Assembly (NCBI RefSeq): GCF_006345805.1
Contig: NC_042998.1
Location: forward strand, 118,358,001 to 118,422,000
From: Octopus sinensis
Taxonomy: Eukaryota
Length of the DNA stretch: 64,000 nt
Direction: 5' to 3'
Shown: positions 12,566-27,639 of the stretch, in pieces
How the letters are laid out: every line of letters begins with the position of its first letter
How positions within the stretch are numbered: the first letter of the stretch is position 1
Made by a program: the position numbers and the translations under genes
Notes under the pieces: generated by a model
Told to the model about the DNA's origin: nothing
The model's input: the letters and a program-made list of their open reading frames with translations, nothing else
Databases searched by the model: none

Positions 12566-12616
12566 TGAAAATTTGAAATATCTACACATATTTAGAAAAC
12601 ATAAAACCAAAGAAAC
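12566..12616 (+). CDS. Candidate 51-nt exon (ENLKYLHIFRKHKTKE)
   Basis: Acceptor ctctccttcttgtag, donor aac|gtaagt. One open frame, phase 2 to 2. Confidence 0.2.
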
Positions 12617-13019
12617 GTAAGTAGACCTCACATATGATTGGCTTCTCCATTCGACCTGTATTATCTTAATTGATTTATATTATTCAAAATAATATTGTAA
12701 GAATTTTGTTCGATGTAAACATCAGGGTAACGTCTTTCGGTATATTTATCAAGTAATCAGTACTGTTTTCCTTCCTAACATTTCAACTGATAGATTCTTT
12801 GCAAATATTCAACGGATGGTGTCTACATTTTCTTTATCCGACATCCATATTTTCATAAATGTATAAACTTATAATTTTTTAAAAAATTTATACCTTTAAA
12901 TTAACAAGGAGCATTGATGCATTTTCCAGTCGAAGATGATGTATGGGCGTTGAGCTTTTTCCGAACGACCTGCACAAATGATTTGTTTATAGTGATTAAC
13001 TGTATGTGCTATACATTAG

Positions 13020-13200
13020 TTCACTTCCACCATCAAATCGATATCGTCTGAACAGGTGCACAGCGTACACGCGCCAGATGTCGAAGTGATCGCAGGGCAA
13101 GAGATGAAGTCTTTCGCACAAGAACACAACGCACCACATGGTCTAAGAATTGCAACCACGCATTCGTGATCTTTAGGCCAGTCTTTCTCACGAATGGAGT
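13020..13200 (-). mobile_element. Decayed SINE (family B-like)
   Basis: Resembles the 50722-51007 SINE (acacaacgcacc...gaattgcaaccacg). Confidence 0.4.
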
Positions 13201-13959
13201 ATTACATATAAAAATTCCAATAGTTTAGGGCGCACCTCTATTTATGCATTTAACCCTGCTGATCAGTCTTCTAGTCTAAACCAATTTACCCCCAATATTT
13301 TTTCTCTCTTTATTTTTTCCAACATTTTTCTTTTTTATCTCCTATTGTTTTATTTCCTTGTTTACCCTTAATTCCATTTATCATATTTTGTTCTATTTCT
13401 TTTCCTTTTTCTCCCTATTCCATTTTGTTCCATTTCCATGACTACACAAATTTTATTTCAGAGATTTGCCAGTGACTGCCTTTGAACTTGTCTCGATAGG
13501 GTTAAATATTTGCTTGGCGTCCACTATCTGCTATATTTAGATATGCTACGCCTCTTTTCGCAATAGTGGGTGAGGCTGCTAAGTTTAATGACTTATAAGA
13601 AATCTTAATACATCCAACTGTCTTTACGATCACATTCTCTTATCTAATCCTCTTGATTGACAGCCACTGAACATACCTTAAATTTCGTAAATGCTGATAT
13701 TCTGATTAGAAATGTCACTTGTTAGTGAGCTGTTGATTAATTAAGAAGTATACAGAAAATTTAACACTTGAGTTTTATGGAGGCAGAGTTTGAGGGTTGT
13801 ATATTGATAAATATTTCCTAAATTCTGTTTCAGAAGTGTGTATTTTACAATATATCATTTTTGACCTGAAAATTTAATAATTTGAAATTTAAAAAAGAAA
13901 AAGAATAAACATGGAAACAGTCTTCCGACTTCCTCGTATACAAATATATATTTTCTTTA

Positions 13960-14580
13960 AATGTTTTTAACTAATCAAATTGCCTATAGAACAACAAACA
14001 CTTACAGAGAAACAAGGAGACCAACATTATTTACATCCGCCCAAATCCTTTTGTGAGTATCAAACCACAAGCGAACAAATTTTCTATAGTAGCAACACAA
14101 TGATATGCCTGGCTGATAAAATCCAGCTTTCTAATAAAAACAAGAAATACCCTCTAAATAACGACGACTAAAGAAAATAACCGGCTAAAACATACTACAT
14201 TCTTGCTTTTTGAACCACTAACAAATTTCATCACAAACAAGTTGGCACACACAGTTACTAAGGTTTTAAAAACTTGACTTTGTACCTTTGACATTTACAT
14301 TTTCAAAGCAAAGATTAAATCCAACAATACAAAAATTAGCTAAAAGTACCTACACATCCTGCACCTACCGAAGAAATGGGACACTCTTACAAAGTTCTAC
14401 ATATATTAATAAATTCTAAACAATAATATAAGCCCTAAGTCTAATCAATAACAATTTCTCCACATAACAAACCGCTCTAAAATCCAAGTACCACTCCATT
14501 TAAACACACGTAGTCATGGACGATTTTAAGTCAACAGAGTCTATATAAAGCCAAGATTAACTTCAATGCATCACACTCCG
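13960..14580 (+). mobile_element. Possible highly decayed LINE 3' region
   Basis: A-rich plus strand with remnants such as LHILHLPKKWDTL and HLNTRSH. No intact motif. Confidence 0.25.
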
Positions 14581-14932
14581 AACTTTCAATTGACAGTTGT
14601 CAATTCTGAAACATGACTGTAATTACATAAATCTGATGATTGCGTAACGCGTGAAAATAACGTGAAAATCAGACTAAGTTGGTATTATCATTGATTGATA
14701 TATTCTTCTATAGACAATCATACAGCCTCGGATAATTGTGAGTGTGTGTTTTTGCGCGCGCGTGTGATTGTGTGCGTGTGTGTGTATATATATGTATACA
14801 TGTATGTATATATGTATCGGAAAGATATGAGAGGAACATGTAGAAAATTATCTTCAATATTTTCATAACTCGCTGACGCTCATTATGTAATCGTTTAGCA
14901 ACCAGACCCCGCTCAGCGTACTTTGTCTTCAG

Positions 14933-14977
14933 GTTTAGTTATCTCAATGCAGTTTACATTGTCGCAGCAATAAACAG
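14933..14977 (+). CDS. Candidate 45-nt exon (FSYLNAVYIVAAIN)
   Basis: Acceptor actttgtcttcag, donor cag|gtaaga. One open frame, phase 2 to 2, compatible with 12566-12616. Confidence 0.2.
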
Positions 14978-15849
14978 GTAAGAAAATGAAATATAATGCA
15001 TATATGCATAAAAATATGAATATCAATGAATACATAGACACACATATATACATATCCACACACCCATATATCTGTTTGTATATATGTCATTTAGAGATAG
15101 AAGTCCCCATGCAATTCATCAAATCCTAATATACATCACATCATATCATAGAATTTATTTCAATACTTACTATTTCATTTTCAAATTTCGCTTCTACATC
15201 TGTTTCCTTGGGTGTGTTTAACGTTCCCGAGACCCACAGTCTTTCTGAGAAACATGTCTTAACTGCAACCCCAATCATCAGGACTCTCCATAACTTATTT
15301 ATAACTCTATAACTATTTCTATATATTTTCATATTTTGTCAGTTACGAATGTAATTAACATACATGCGGGTGTGCAAATAAATTCGCCGAAACTTGTCAT
15401 GCAAGCCATAATTTAATTAATTAAAATTTTAAAGCTAAAATCAATCGTGACTTGTGCATGAGAACATACATATGAATTAAAAATATGTAGGAATGAAGAA
15501 AACTATAATATAATAATGAAAATAATATATAATATAATGATGATAAAATAAACATAGACAAAGAAATATATATTCGAAAGAAAAAGATAGATAAAAATTG
15601 TAAACAAATGCGAATGAATGACAAAATGCAAAAAGTATTAAAAAATATATAACGTAATTTAAGGAAAAAATAGTTTTAAATGACAAAATATAATAATCTT
15701 AATTGAAAAAGTAAAAATTAGAGCGTAATATTAACGTAAAAAATTTGAGCGTGATAATCTCGGGAATGTTAAACGCACCTCTAGAAACACGTGTCGGTTC
15801 ACAGAGATCACATCTCTCAAAGTGATTTGATCAATCCAGTGAAAGTTAC

Positions 15850-15950
15850 AACTGTCATGTATGTTTCAACGTTTGCAGATCTGCAACAGGACTCTACAGT
15901 CATCTGAGAGGTCATAGATGAAAAGTATGAGGTGCCATTGACAACGAGGA
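15850..15950 (+). mobile_element. 3' end fragment of an RTE-type LINE (terminal C2H2 finger)
   Basis: Encodes CHVCFNVCRSATGLYSHLRGHR* followed by a short UTR. Confidence 0.55.
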
Positions 15951-16322
15951 AAACATATCTTATGCCATAATAAAAGTATTTTTTAAAAATCAAAAATTAT
16001 AGCTAGACATCCTTTACAGTGTTCACATAACATTTAACAGCAGATAGGATGCCGGTATTATCATGCAAGTAAATGTTTTCCAATATTCAGATGTCGTCCA
16101 CTCCTCTATGTCAGCTAGCTAACTTTCAGCTTCAAGTTTAATCTTTATGCGCTCCAACGACAATAACTGTTCACCAATACATCAAGCGGTTCCTGAGAAA
16201 AGGAGACATTAAAAATTGTCAAATTTAGCAAGAACGCCATTTACATACACAGACACACCAACACACACACATACAAACACATACACACACATACACACAC
16301 ATACACACACGCACGCCCACAT

Positions 16323-16383
<61 letters not shown>

Positions 16384-17942
16384 AAAATACGACTTCTGCT
16401 TCTAATGTATAGATTTCACTTCTGTCATATACGCTATTAATGTGTGAGAATGATTTATAAAGAAAATTGTATTTGTTATGCAACATGTAGACTTAACATT
16501 CAGTATTAGTCTAACGTACTACGGAGTGAGATTTTTCCGAGTTATTAAATTCTGAATGAATTAATCTTCTGTACTGCAGAGATAGTGACATTTTGAAATG
16601 TGTGCGTTCTTTTCATTTTTTGAAGACATAGCAGTAGTTGCAATATTGTCTGCTTCCCAGTTCTAAGCCAAATGTGCAACAGAGCGGATATTTCTCGATC
16701 AAATTAAATGAAGACAAACGAAACAATGGCTAAATTTGAATTCACTATATTAAAGAATTAAATTATGGCAAAGCATTTATCCCGAACTCTTTGACGTTTG
16801 TTTCACATTTAGCACATAATTTATATCAAACGATTTCCAATAGTGCAGTTTTTAGCATATCATTTATTTACAGCAACGATTAGAGATTGTGTCAGCCATC
16901 GTCTTTATTAGGCTGAGTATTCGTTCTTAACATAAAATATATCAATTTTATGAAAAGGAATTTTACAATATAAACGCTAGGCGTAGTGCTTCGAAGTAAG
17001 ATTTCTCATATATGTGTTTCTATGTAAAACTTCTCATACATGTGTTTCTAAGTAAGATTTCTCATATAATATTGAATTATCTGATACACATACCAATCAA
17101 CAAAACATTCCGCTTTCTATGATATTCGTGACACATTGTAGGAAACTGTGTTATTTTTACATATATTATCATGGGTCCGACATCGCTATACATACCACTA
17201 TTTATTCTTTCTAGACGTGATTCTACAATGCGTTCTTAATTATGATGGGATTTGACAAAAAGAGATCGTCTCAAGAACAAAAATTATTTCGAGGATTCGT
17301 TTTAGCAATTGCTTCACCAAATAAGTTTGCATTCCACTGAAAAATTAAACTGAAAACTGTATATCAAAACGTCTATATGCAGACACCAGACTACATCCTT
17401 AAATATTAACTCTGGAGCATAATTCAACACAATATATTCATGCACTTTTTATAAAACTTTTCTTTTCATACTCTTGCCAGCGAAGTTTGACACACATTCG
17501 AGCTCCTCCATATTGAGCTACATGTGTCCACTGGATGTTTATAAAAGAGATTACGAATAAAATACTGCAATCAATATAATAAATCAAACCCATTTTAATA
17601 ACTTTTGCCTTAAAACAATCAAATGGCTGTGACCATAGTAAGCTATGAAATTAAATTTGTTCTGAAAAGCTTGTATATGTATCTCTAAGTTCAACAACAG
17701 GGAAATTAAAGATTGAAGCTTATAAGTGATATTTCTACGAGGAAATTTTGGGACCGCCAAGAAATAATTAAATGTGAATTGAACAGCTTCTTTTGTCTTC
17801 AAAGACTGTTACATGTAACAGTCTCCATTAAAAATACAATGGAGCCGATTAAAAATCGTTCATATAATTTGACATGTACTCTAAGCAGTCTCGAATGAAG
17901 AAAAAAAATCAGAAATTTGGCCTCAAACAACTTTAGCATATA

Positions 17943-20677
17943 CTAGCAGTATAGCCCGGCGTTGCCCGGGAATATGTTAGGATTATTAAGTGACCAAGCG
18001 CTTTATTTCAAGCCAAATTAAATGACACCGACATCAAATTTGAGCGAAATCCGTAGAAATTAGTAAAAGCAATTTGATTGGGAAATCCAATAAGGAATAA
18101 TATTATCGATTATTTCCACTCGCCGATTGGTCTCACCGGGAAATGCGATATGTGGAAGCTAAACGGCATGTCTGACCCCGAGGGATAAAGCTACATCCTT
18201 GAAATGAAAACAGTTTCACCCCTCCCGCACCCTGTAACAATGGTAATCTCAATCAAGTGGGGCGTCAGGGACTTCATTAATAAGCGTGTTCCGTTGCTCT
18301 GTTTAGGCGGAAGCAACTTTCTGATTAGCATAATTGGGCATCCAACCCTTAGCCTAAGAATGTGAGGTGGAAGCCCTGCTGGTTCCAATGAGTTGAGAAA
18401 CTCGATAGAGTAATTGACAATGTTTTGGGGATCAGAGATCCGGATTTCAGCTTATGAACTGGTTGTTGATAGCACTGACAGTTACGTTTTGTGGGGCCAG
18501 GATGGTTCTTGCACTGAGCCAACTGATGTCTGCATACTCACATTCCACACTGGGGTACACTGCTTCCAAAAGATCGGAAGGGTTGTCTACGCTGTTGCAT
18601 AGATCAGAGCTGGATATATCACCCCTATCATTCCCAAAGACCTTACCGTCTCCAAGGGCTAAAATGTTTTCAGCAAATGCTGCAGACGTGCTATCACCAA
18701 GCAAGTGCGTACGCATGTTTGTGCTTAGGCTTAAGGTCTTGACCTAGAGCCACAAAGTGGGTGACTTAAGGCATGCGCGTACTTCATCAGCCCGGTTCCC
18801 TTTAGGGATGACAGGTAGGGTTTGTCGGGAATCTCCTGAAACCAATATAGTTACACCACCCATAGAAGCTGTAGAATCCCTGATAACTTTCAGTGACCGG
18901 TACCAGTGCCTCAATGGCATCCTTATTGCTCATTGTCCATTCGTCCCATACAATGAGACGGCACTGTCTCAGACCTACAGCTTCCTTTGAATATTTGCCA
19001 ATGTCGCAAGTAGGAATCTCGGCCCTCACCAAATATAAAGGCAGCTTGAATGCTGAGTGCGCCGTCCTACCTCCCAGCAATAACGTAGCAGCGATGCCCG
19101 AGGAAGCAACGGCTAGCGTAATTTGTTTCCTGTGATTAATCTTAGCGAGTATTGTGTTACAAAGTATTTACCGGTACCTCTAACATCATCGAGTAAAAAA
19201 TACCGCCCGCCGGTTTTTCAACGGCATTAACGACAGTTTCGTACACCAGCCTCTGATCATGGAACAATTTCGGTTCATTTACTCTCAGGTACTCCGCAAG
19301 GCCATCAGCGTTATGCGACAAATCCAGAAGTAAATTTGGTGGGAGTGTGTTAACGTCCTGTCGCAATGAGGATGGCAAACCCAATGTGTTCAATGCCGCC
19401 CCACCCATTTTGAGCAGGGCCTCATCGATTTCAATCAGCGCATTATTGTAGATCAGTTCATTGTATCCAATGTCAGGATGAGGACATTGTTGCTTTGTCA
19501 GTCATCATTTGCCTTGACCACCGAGAAGACACAATTACGTACAGAGAATTTCATAAACAGAAATGAATGGAAAAAGGTTTAGAGATTAAAGTTTTAGATT
19601 AACACTTGCACGATATTTACTAAGAAAAGTATCAGATTTTTTGCGTGGAATCAACTACCATGGCCTCCTAATATACTACAAAATCCATTTTGTGGTCCAA
19701 AAAACGGGGTTGGGTGTGGTGGAAGCCTCGATAGTTTCACCCCTATACCCATTGATCATTTCGCCATCTATTTTTCAATATAAGCGGGAAAATACAGCGA
19801 TTAAGAATATGGAAAACTTTTGTTCTTAATGTCAAATTTATCATGCAAATCTCCAGGCAAATTTTCAGATAACCCTCGCACGATTTTCCCTAAGAAACAA
19901 GAATCGGATTTTTTGCTTGGAATAAACTACCCTGGCCTCCTAATATGCTACAAAACCCTTTTTGTGGTCCCAGAAAATGTGTGGGGTGTGGTGGAGCCTC
20001 GGAAATTTTAACCATTTATATTATGTAATTCACTGAAAAACTGTTACCGACCACTTACTTTCTATATTGGTAAATACATGGATTCTCAACAAAACACTTT
20101 TTTACTCTGTGTAAAATAAAAACAAAACTCTTTCACGCCCAAAGTAATGTGTGTGTGTAAAAGAGGGGAGAGAAAGCTGAACTATTTAGAATAAATAAAT
20201 GATTTAGAATAAATATATTTTAATTGTTGTGTGAGAAAGTATATATACTCTGATTATAAAATATAGTGCCTTTCAAAACATCCTAAATTTCAATACTATA
20301 TCTCGTGTTTAAGAAAAGAACATTTTACATTTTTATTTTTGGTGAACGCTGTCACTTACCCTATATCTCCCTCAAACACACACACACATACATCAACACA
20401 ACTTCTCTCTCTCTCCCTCACACACATTTTCACTTCGCTATGGCAAGAAAGGACTTAACTCATGTTAACAAACTTCAAAATTGGTAAAAGTTAAAGTTGA
20501 AAATCGATTGTTACTGCTACCCGCAGGTACCACTGGAAAAATAATAGTACGAAAATACAGCTAGGATCGTGACGAATGTCCTCCTAAAATTGGAGCGACA
20601 TGCGTGCTAATTTGTGGACGTGCATAATTTACATTCACGTACACCCCCACACTCACACATCCTGCCTTTTATATATG
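17943..20677 (-). mobile_element. Non-autonomous Helitron with frameshifted PIF1-like helicase
   Basis: GTGK (Walker A), VASSGIAATLLLGGRTAHSAFKLP, IVWDEWTM, GDSRQTLPV, ILAPQN, GLPPHILRLRVGCPIMLIR and NGTRL. The 3' end has a CCCGG-GCAACG-CCGGG hairpin (17955-17970) followed by CTAG|T. The 5' end near tatataaaaggcagg is inferred. Confidence 0.9.
19606..20001. repeat. Two diverged ~125-bp direct repeats inside the Helitron (about 19606-19730 and 19875-20001)
   Basis: ggaatcaactaccatggcctcctaatatactacaaaa versus ggaataaactaccctggcctcctaatatgctacaaaa. Confidence 0.85.
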
Positions 20678-21310
20678 CAGGTGCGTGTTCGTTCAACTTA
20701 AAAGCAGGGATTAAGAAGGAAAACAGCACTACTGTAAATATTTATAACAAATTATAGTGTAAAGAAATATCATATCCCGCAGTGCATCGCTCCATAAAGC
20801 TGTCTATATTAGGAACAAAATCAATATTATAAACATGGCAAAATCATACATTTTCAGCTAGATCAGTATAGGAAATTATGATGATATTAGGAATTAAATA
20901 AAATTAAATTACGCTAGAAGAAAAATAACACAAATATTAGTTTCAAAAAGCAAAGAAGCATTTAAAAAAAGAAAAAGAAAACGTTTTTACACATGCGTTA
21001 GAGAAATTAATTTTTTTCTTAATTCTGATTAAAGAAGAAAATACAAGTGAAAAGAATTAGTGTTACTAAAACAAAACAAAAAAGTATGTTATTTTTGATT
21101 TCTAGAAAGCCAAGTAATTCTAATAGTATTTATATTATTAATTATGCAATATCTCAAATAAATATATATATTATTTTATTTTCTTTAATGTTAAGATTAT
21201 ATTTTATATTTGCATCTTGTATTACATAAGAGACACACTTTTGGAAATGAACTTCTGTGTTATTCTTTCATTCTTTCTTTGAGTCTGTACACACACACAC
21301 ACACACACAC

Positions 21311-21355
<45 letters not shown>

Positions 21356-21478
21356 TGTATCTTAATGAAAATAAAAAGCAAAAACATCTGATATATACTA
21401 ACACTTTCGTTACTGAAAAAGAAAATTTCTCCACACAACACACACACAAACACACAGACACACGCATACACATATATA

Positions 21479-21539
<61 letters not shown>

Positions 21540-21564
21540 ATATATATGTATGTATATATTCGTT

Positions 21565-21765
21565 TTCTTTTACTTGTTTCAGTCATTTCACTGTGGCCAT
21601 GCCGGAGCACGGCCTTTAGTCGAGCAAATCTGCTCCAGGACGTATTCTTTGTAAGCCTAGTACTTTTTCTATCGCTCTCTTTTGCCGAAACGCTAAGTTA
21701 CAGAGACGTACACACACCACCATCGGTTGTCAAGCGATGTTTGAGAGACAAACACAGACACACAA

Positions 21766-21807
<42 letters not shown>

Positions 21808-22058
21808 TCATATATAATATATATGTTTATATATATATATATGTATATATATATGTAATATACATATATATATATATATATATAATATATATATATATAT
21901 ACGACGTGCTACTTTCACTTTGCGTCTACCAAATCCATTCACAAGGCTTTGGTCGGCCCGAGGCTATAGTAGAAGACACTTGCCCAAGGGGCTACCCAGT
22001 GGGATTGAACCCGGAATCATGTGGTTCGTAGGCAAGCTACTTACTACACAACCACTCC
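21565..22058 (-). mobile_element. tRNA-derived SINE (family A)
   Basis: Colinear with 5018-5418, with an expanded internal (TA)n. Confidence 0.85.
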
Positions 22059-24873
22059 TACATATAACATTCAGTGCCTTGTGACGAGATGTAACATGCA
22101 ACATATTTGAGTTTCTTGATTAACTAGACGGATACGAAGAATGGCCAAATAATACAATCTCTAACTATGGGAAACAAGTATGACACTTTTTCGGGATAGG
22201 TGGCTAGTTCGAGGTGGTTTCGAGGTAACCTATTTCATTAAAAGGGGCCATACGAATATGTATTTTAAACTTAAACGCTATTACGTAACGTATACGTGAA
22301 CGCCGGTCGTGTATGTGGCGTCCGTGTATGGGTGGTATGATGTGTGCCCTATTTTGTTATGAGCAATAGCTTACTTTAAATAGTAGAGAAGTTGAAAGTA
22401 GAAGGTTTTGAAAGTGGGAGAAATGGAAAGAGGGGCTAGAGAGAGAGAAACAGATGTAACAGTGAGAAGCTTAGAGATTATTGTGCGACGAATGAGCTTT
22501 AGAAAAAAGAATTAAGTGATTTGCGTATAACAATTTAAAAACTAGTATTAATGCAGCAATACAAAACTTCGGGAGCCAACACATTTGTTAACATCATTAT
22601 AATTCAAAGAAGATTTAGTTCAAAGAATTCCTGTTTATAAGGGTTATCAGTTATAGAGTAATGAAGAGCGCGGCTATTTGCAACATTTCCCGCGTGAAAA
22701 ACATCAAAAGTTGCCTACTTGTTTGTATATTTAAACGATGCATTTTAATAGATTCTTTAAAATAATGTTGCTGTTCGGAAATTAAGCAGTTAAGAAAAAA
22801 GGGGAATCCAGTGATAAAGTAACTTCAGAAATTATCAAATGAAGTAACAAGCAAATATCTAATCGAAAGAATATAAATATATAATCACGTTTTTGCTTCT
22901 TTACAGAATGCTTAGTTAGAAAAGCTAATTCAAACTTTGTAACTGAAAGGAAGACTAGATATAGTGCAAATTAAAATTTTAAACTATATTAGCATAGGAG
23001 GGTAAAACATGTAAAGATAAATTAGGTTGGTGTATTATAGAAATAAAACGAAAATGGTATGCACGTAACCAGCAACGCATATATGGCATGCGAAGAAAAT
23101 AATTAAGAGGAATATTTTTTTCTATTTTTAATAATAACCGGGCAGCGTTATTTAAAAGCAGTATTTATGATTATACTCAAGTGGTATTAACAGGTGGAAA
23201 TAAGAGAGATCACAGTTGCTGCAGATAAAATTGAATCTCAGTGTTTAGCGATTAAATAAAACAGCGCGAAAATATAATCCTCAGTCTGATAAAAGATTAC
23301 GTCGGATAAAAATTTATTCTTATAAAAAAGTTATTCTCAGAAGAATTAGAATATTAATACAATATGCAATGGGAGATGAAAGGAAAGAGATATAAAATGA
23401 ATTAAACTCAATTAAACAATAAAATACAATTAGGTAAACAGGCGAGTTAATTTAAACATTCGATTTAATTAACTAGATCAAATTAGTTTAAAGATAAACT
23501 TCATCATAAGAAGGTTAAGTAGATCAGAAAATTTTCAATTAATTCAGGGATACAGATAAGGATTAAAACTATAAAAAGTAAAGTTTTTAATTAAATCATA
23601 CATGGAACATATATTGTTTGTCGAATTTACTAAAAAAGTATTAATACTTAAAATTACTACAAAATGGTTACAAGTAATTAATATTAATATTTACTTACTG
23701 TCAAGATTTTTGTATTGTGATTTTTTTTTTGTTATTTGGAAAATGTGATCTACTTACTTACTAGAGATTTGAATATACTATGCTCCGCTTCTTCTCAACC
23801 CTTATAGAAATGGAGAAAATTTCTGGATTCAGTGAACCAGTGAAGTAACTACATGACAATTTCGAAGGATAGGATTGACAAAAAGAATGAGATGTGATAT
23901 TTAGATTCTGTAACAGAGGACACAATTTTATGATAAACATGCTGAAAATAATTGTATTATACGCACCTAACGCAAACATGTGGGAGATGAATTATTTGTT
24001 ACTTAAATAAACATGCTGCTTGTAATATTAATTATTGGTGTCGGTTATAGTTAGAAGTGGAAATTAAGTAACATGAAAACCTTTAGGCCGATTTTTGTTC
24101 AGATATAATTTCAAATTGTAAAATGAGAATAAAAAGAATCAATTTTCTACCCATTATTACTACCAATATTACTACCGATTATTATGAGACAACTACATGA
24201 AATTAGAAGGTATTAGGTGCCATATATTGTTTAACATTGAAAGTTTCTCATATTTAAGAGAAATGAGTCAGTGATATCTAAAATACACTTATATTTTCTT
24301 GAAATGACCATAAAGCAATAGCCAAACACTGCATCATTCAATTTCACAAAATTGACGTTAGAGAATTATTAACAAACCTATTGTTGTTAAAATAATCTCA
24401 GATGTAATAAAATACATTACATATTGTTATATATTGTTGCAAACACAAATTATTATGAATTGAGTTAAATGACATTTTTCAGAATAATAGCGAATTCAGG
24501 TAATTTGATCTTAAAGAGGCTTGTTTTTATTAGTCTCGGTTTCTTTAAAATTCATTAAAATTTTAATCAATCCATCAGTATCATGAATGACTATATTAAC
24601 GTCACAAAAAACATGACATACAAGTAATTCTGAAAAATACATAAATAATAGGTATTCAAAATTACATATCAACTAGGGAGCTATCGATAATATACTAAGT
24701 TGCGAACGCGTTGGCATTTTCTGCTAATACCACTCTGAATCCAATTTCCAACCTGAGAGATGGAAATCAACAGCACACAAAAGTGCAAAAATGAAGTGAA
24801 ATGTAACTTTTCAAGTGACATAAAAGGTTATGTTTATAAAATTAATTTTATTGTTAATTAACATTGCATTACA

Positions 24874-24980
<107 letters not shown>

Positions 24981-25693
24981 GTATGTATGTATGTATATGT
25001 ATGTATATTTTATGTATATTTATATATATACCAAAAAAGTAAGTAATAATCCACAATTATTTATCATGTTTTATCCAAATCTCTTCAAACATAGGTATCT
25101 TTATGTAATATTTTTTCTACATACAATTCCTACTTAGATTTTTAACACATATTTATTTACATATATGTAATCCATTGGATAAATACTTTGACGATTAACA
25201 ACTTCTACTAATTATTAGCCTCTTCAATAATAAATTATAATTATATTTACCCAAAATTTTAATATGATACTTATAGACGTGCTTAATTACTATTTATTAT
25301 ATATCTTTACACCTTCTAACTATCATCTAGAATATATTAATATATATTTACTGTCCCACTAAATATATGCCCTATGTCCCACTTAATGGGTTTATACCAA
25401 ACTTATCCATATAACAATACTCAGTTTGCTGTAGTGATCCGTATACTTAACAACTAATAACATACTTCTATATATTTTTTTTTCTGCCTCTGACGAGATT
25501 CCGCTTTATAGAATGTTTTAATTATTACAATTATAATCTTTAAATTATGAATCGAAACAGCTATTAGAGATCATGTTTAATTTTGCAGTTAATAGATATA
25601 CTTATCAATTGAATTATCTCCATTTTCTTATTTTCTTATATATACGTTCACACACACACACACACACACACACAACACACACACACACACCAC

Positions 25694-25779
<86 letters not shown>

Positions 25780-25784
25780 TATAT

Positions 25785-25890
25785 AGGTTCGAAACGTAAA
25801 AGGCATTCTCACTTCCCGAGCGTTAAACTAATACATTTGTTTGCTGTCTACACAACCGTCTTCGTCTTTTGTTTTTTGTAACTTCTCTCT
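25785..25890 (+). repeat. Truncated copy of the 5430-5600 repeat
   Basis: gaaacgtaaaaggcattctcacttcccgagcgttaaactaatacatttgtttg aligns with the reverse complement of 5430-5530. Confidence 0.6.
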
Positions 25891-26754
25891 CTATTTATAA
25901 TGAAATATTAAGTAACATTAAAATTGATTCTGTAAATGAAACGCTTTATATAACCCGCGAAAATGCATTTCACGTGATTTTTGCAGTATATTTAAAATGT
26001 ACTGAGTGAAGATTAAATTTTTCCTTTATGGTATTACATTGTGCTTCGCTGTTTATATCAACTTTTACTATTCGCATTAGCATTTCTTTAAATCATCCAG
26101 AAATGTTTATGGTATATATAATATATATATACATATATGGCGCTCCTCTTACAGGTTTAAGTGTATTTCAACTCTTATTTCTAGCAGTACAGGTGTTCCG
26201 ACACACTTAGTCACACTTAGTGACGATTGAATTTTTCTTTTATGATATTACATTACACCTAGCTGTTTATATTAATGTACATATATACGTATGTCTGTAT
26301 GCTTGTATGTATGTATATAACGACTATTTCCACAACTTTGTACACTGTTAATATAAGTTATTACAATTATTTTATTGCGTTTATTATAAGTAAATCCTTG
26401 CAGTTATTTCAAATTATTGTCTAGGGATAGAGAAGAACATGAAAGGTAAAACAATTAACTAGAGTAATGCATTTCGGAGAATGGAGAGTAAGTATAAATA
26501 GTTATGTGGAAATAATTCCGCTTATGGCATTTTGGCTGGTTATTTGCCATTTCCGAGTATTTTAGTATATACACGCTTACATTATATATGTATTATACAT
26601 ACTCAATATAAATATATTATACCAGCTGGTAAACCAAACATTGTTTCCTTTAGAGATATCCTCTGTCTGAATAGATTTTGACATCGGAAATGAAAGTTTG
26701 AAGGAAACACTTATCTGATTTGCGAAGATATATATATATATATATATATAACAT

Positions 26755-26935
26755 CATGATTTCAAACTCTGGCACAGGGTCAGTCGTGTTGGAGTGAAAG
26801 TTTAGGTTCATTACAGTGACACCCAGTACCTGATGGATTGTTATTTTTTCGACCCCCATAGGACGAAGGGCTAAGTCTACCTGAGCGCAATTAAAGTTCG
26901 GTACGTAAAGACGGAGGAAATGCCGCTAGATATAC
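26755..26935 (-). mobile_element. Partial SINE (family C)
   Basis: Reverse complement of the core seen at 51398 and 59386 (cgaccccataggacgaagg...aaagacggaggaaatgccgcta). Confidence 0.7.
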
Positions 26936-27468
26936 GCACATACACACACATACACGCATACATACATACACGCATACATACATACACGCATACATACATA
27001 CATACACATACAAACACACACACACACCATATGCATACATTTGTATATGTAATCATTTGCAACATAAGCACACATTAAGACCAAAGGTAATATTTATCCC
27101 CATTTAAAAGTGGATGTTGTGTTGGAACACAGAATACTGACTTATTTATCACGACAGAACCTCTCATATGGGCTTGTGGGGCATAAAAGTACCCCAGCAG
27201 ATATCGCTGGTGAACAATAACTGTCCGCTACGTTGGCAGATCACATAATTTCAGCCTTTCGTTGCTTTGTCAATGACAGATATTCCCGATTAGTTATAGG
27301 AGCCGATTGCCTCTGAGTTTTCTCCCTCTCCCTCTTCTCTCTCTCTATCTATCTCTTTCTGTCTTTCTGTCTCTCTCTCTCCCTCTTTCTCACTCACTCC
27401 ATCTGTGCCTCTCTCTCTCTCATTCTCTCTCTCTATCTCTCTCCCCTCTCTCTCTCTCTCTCTCTCTA

Positions 27469-27502
<34 letters not shown>

Positions 27503-27639
27503 ACAATTCCATATGAGAGGTTCTCTAGAGGTAACTAACGCAGTATTCTGTGTTCTAAAACAACGTCCACATTAAGTTGGAGATACATATTACTGTTTGG
27601 TATCGACACTGCTTCTGTTGTTGATTATATACATTACCG

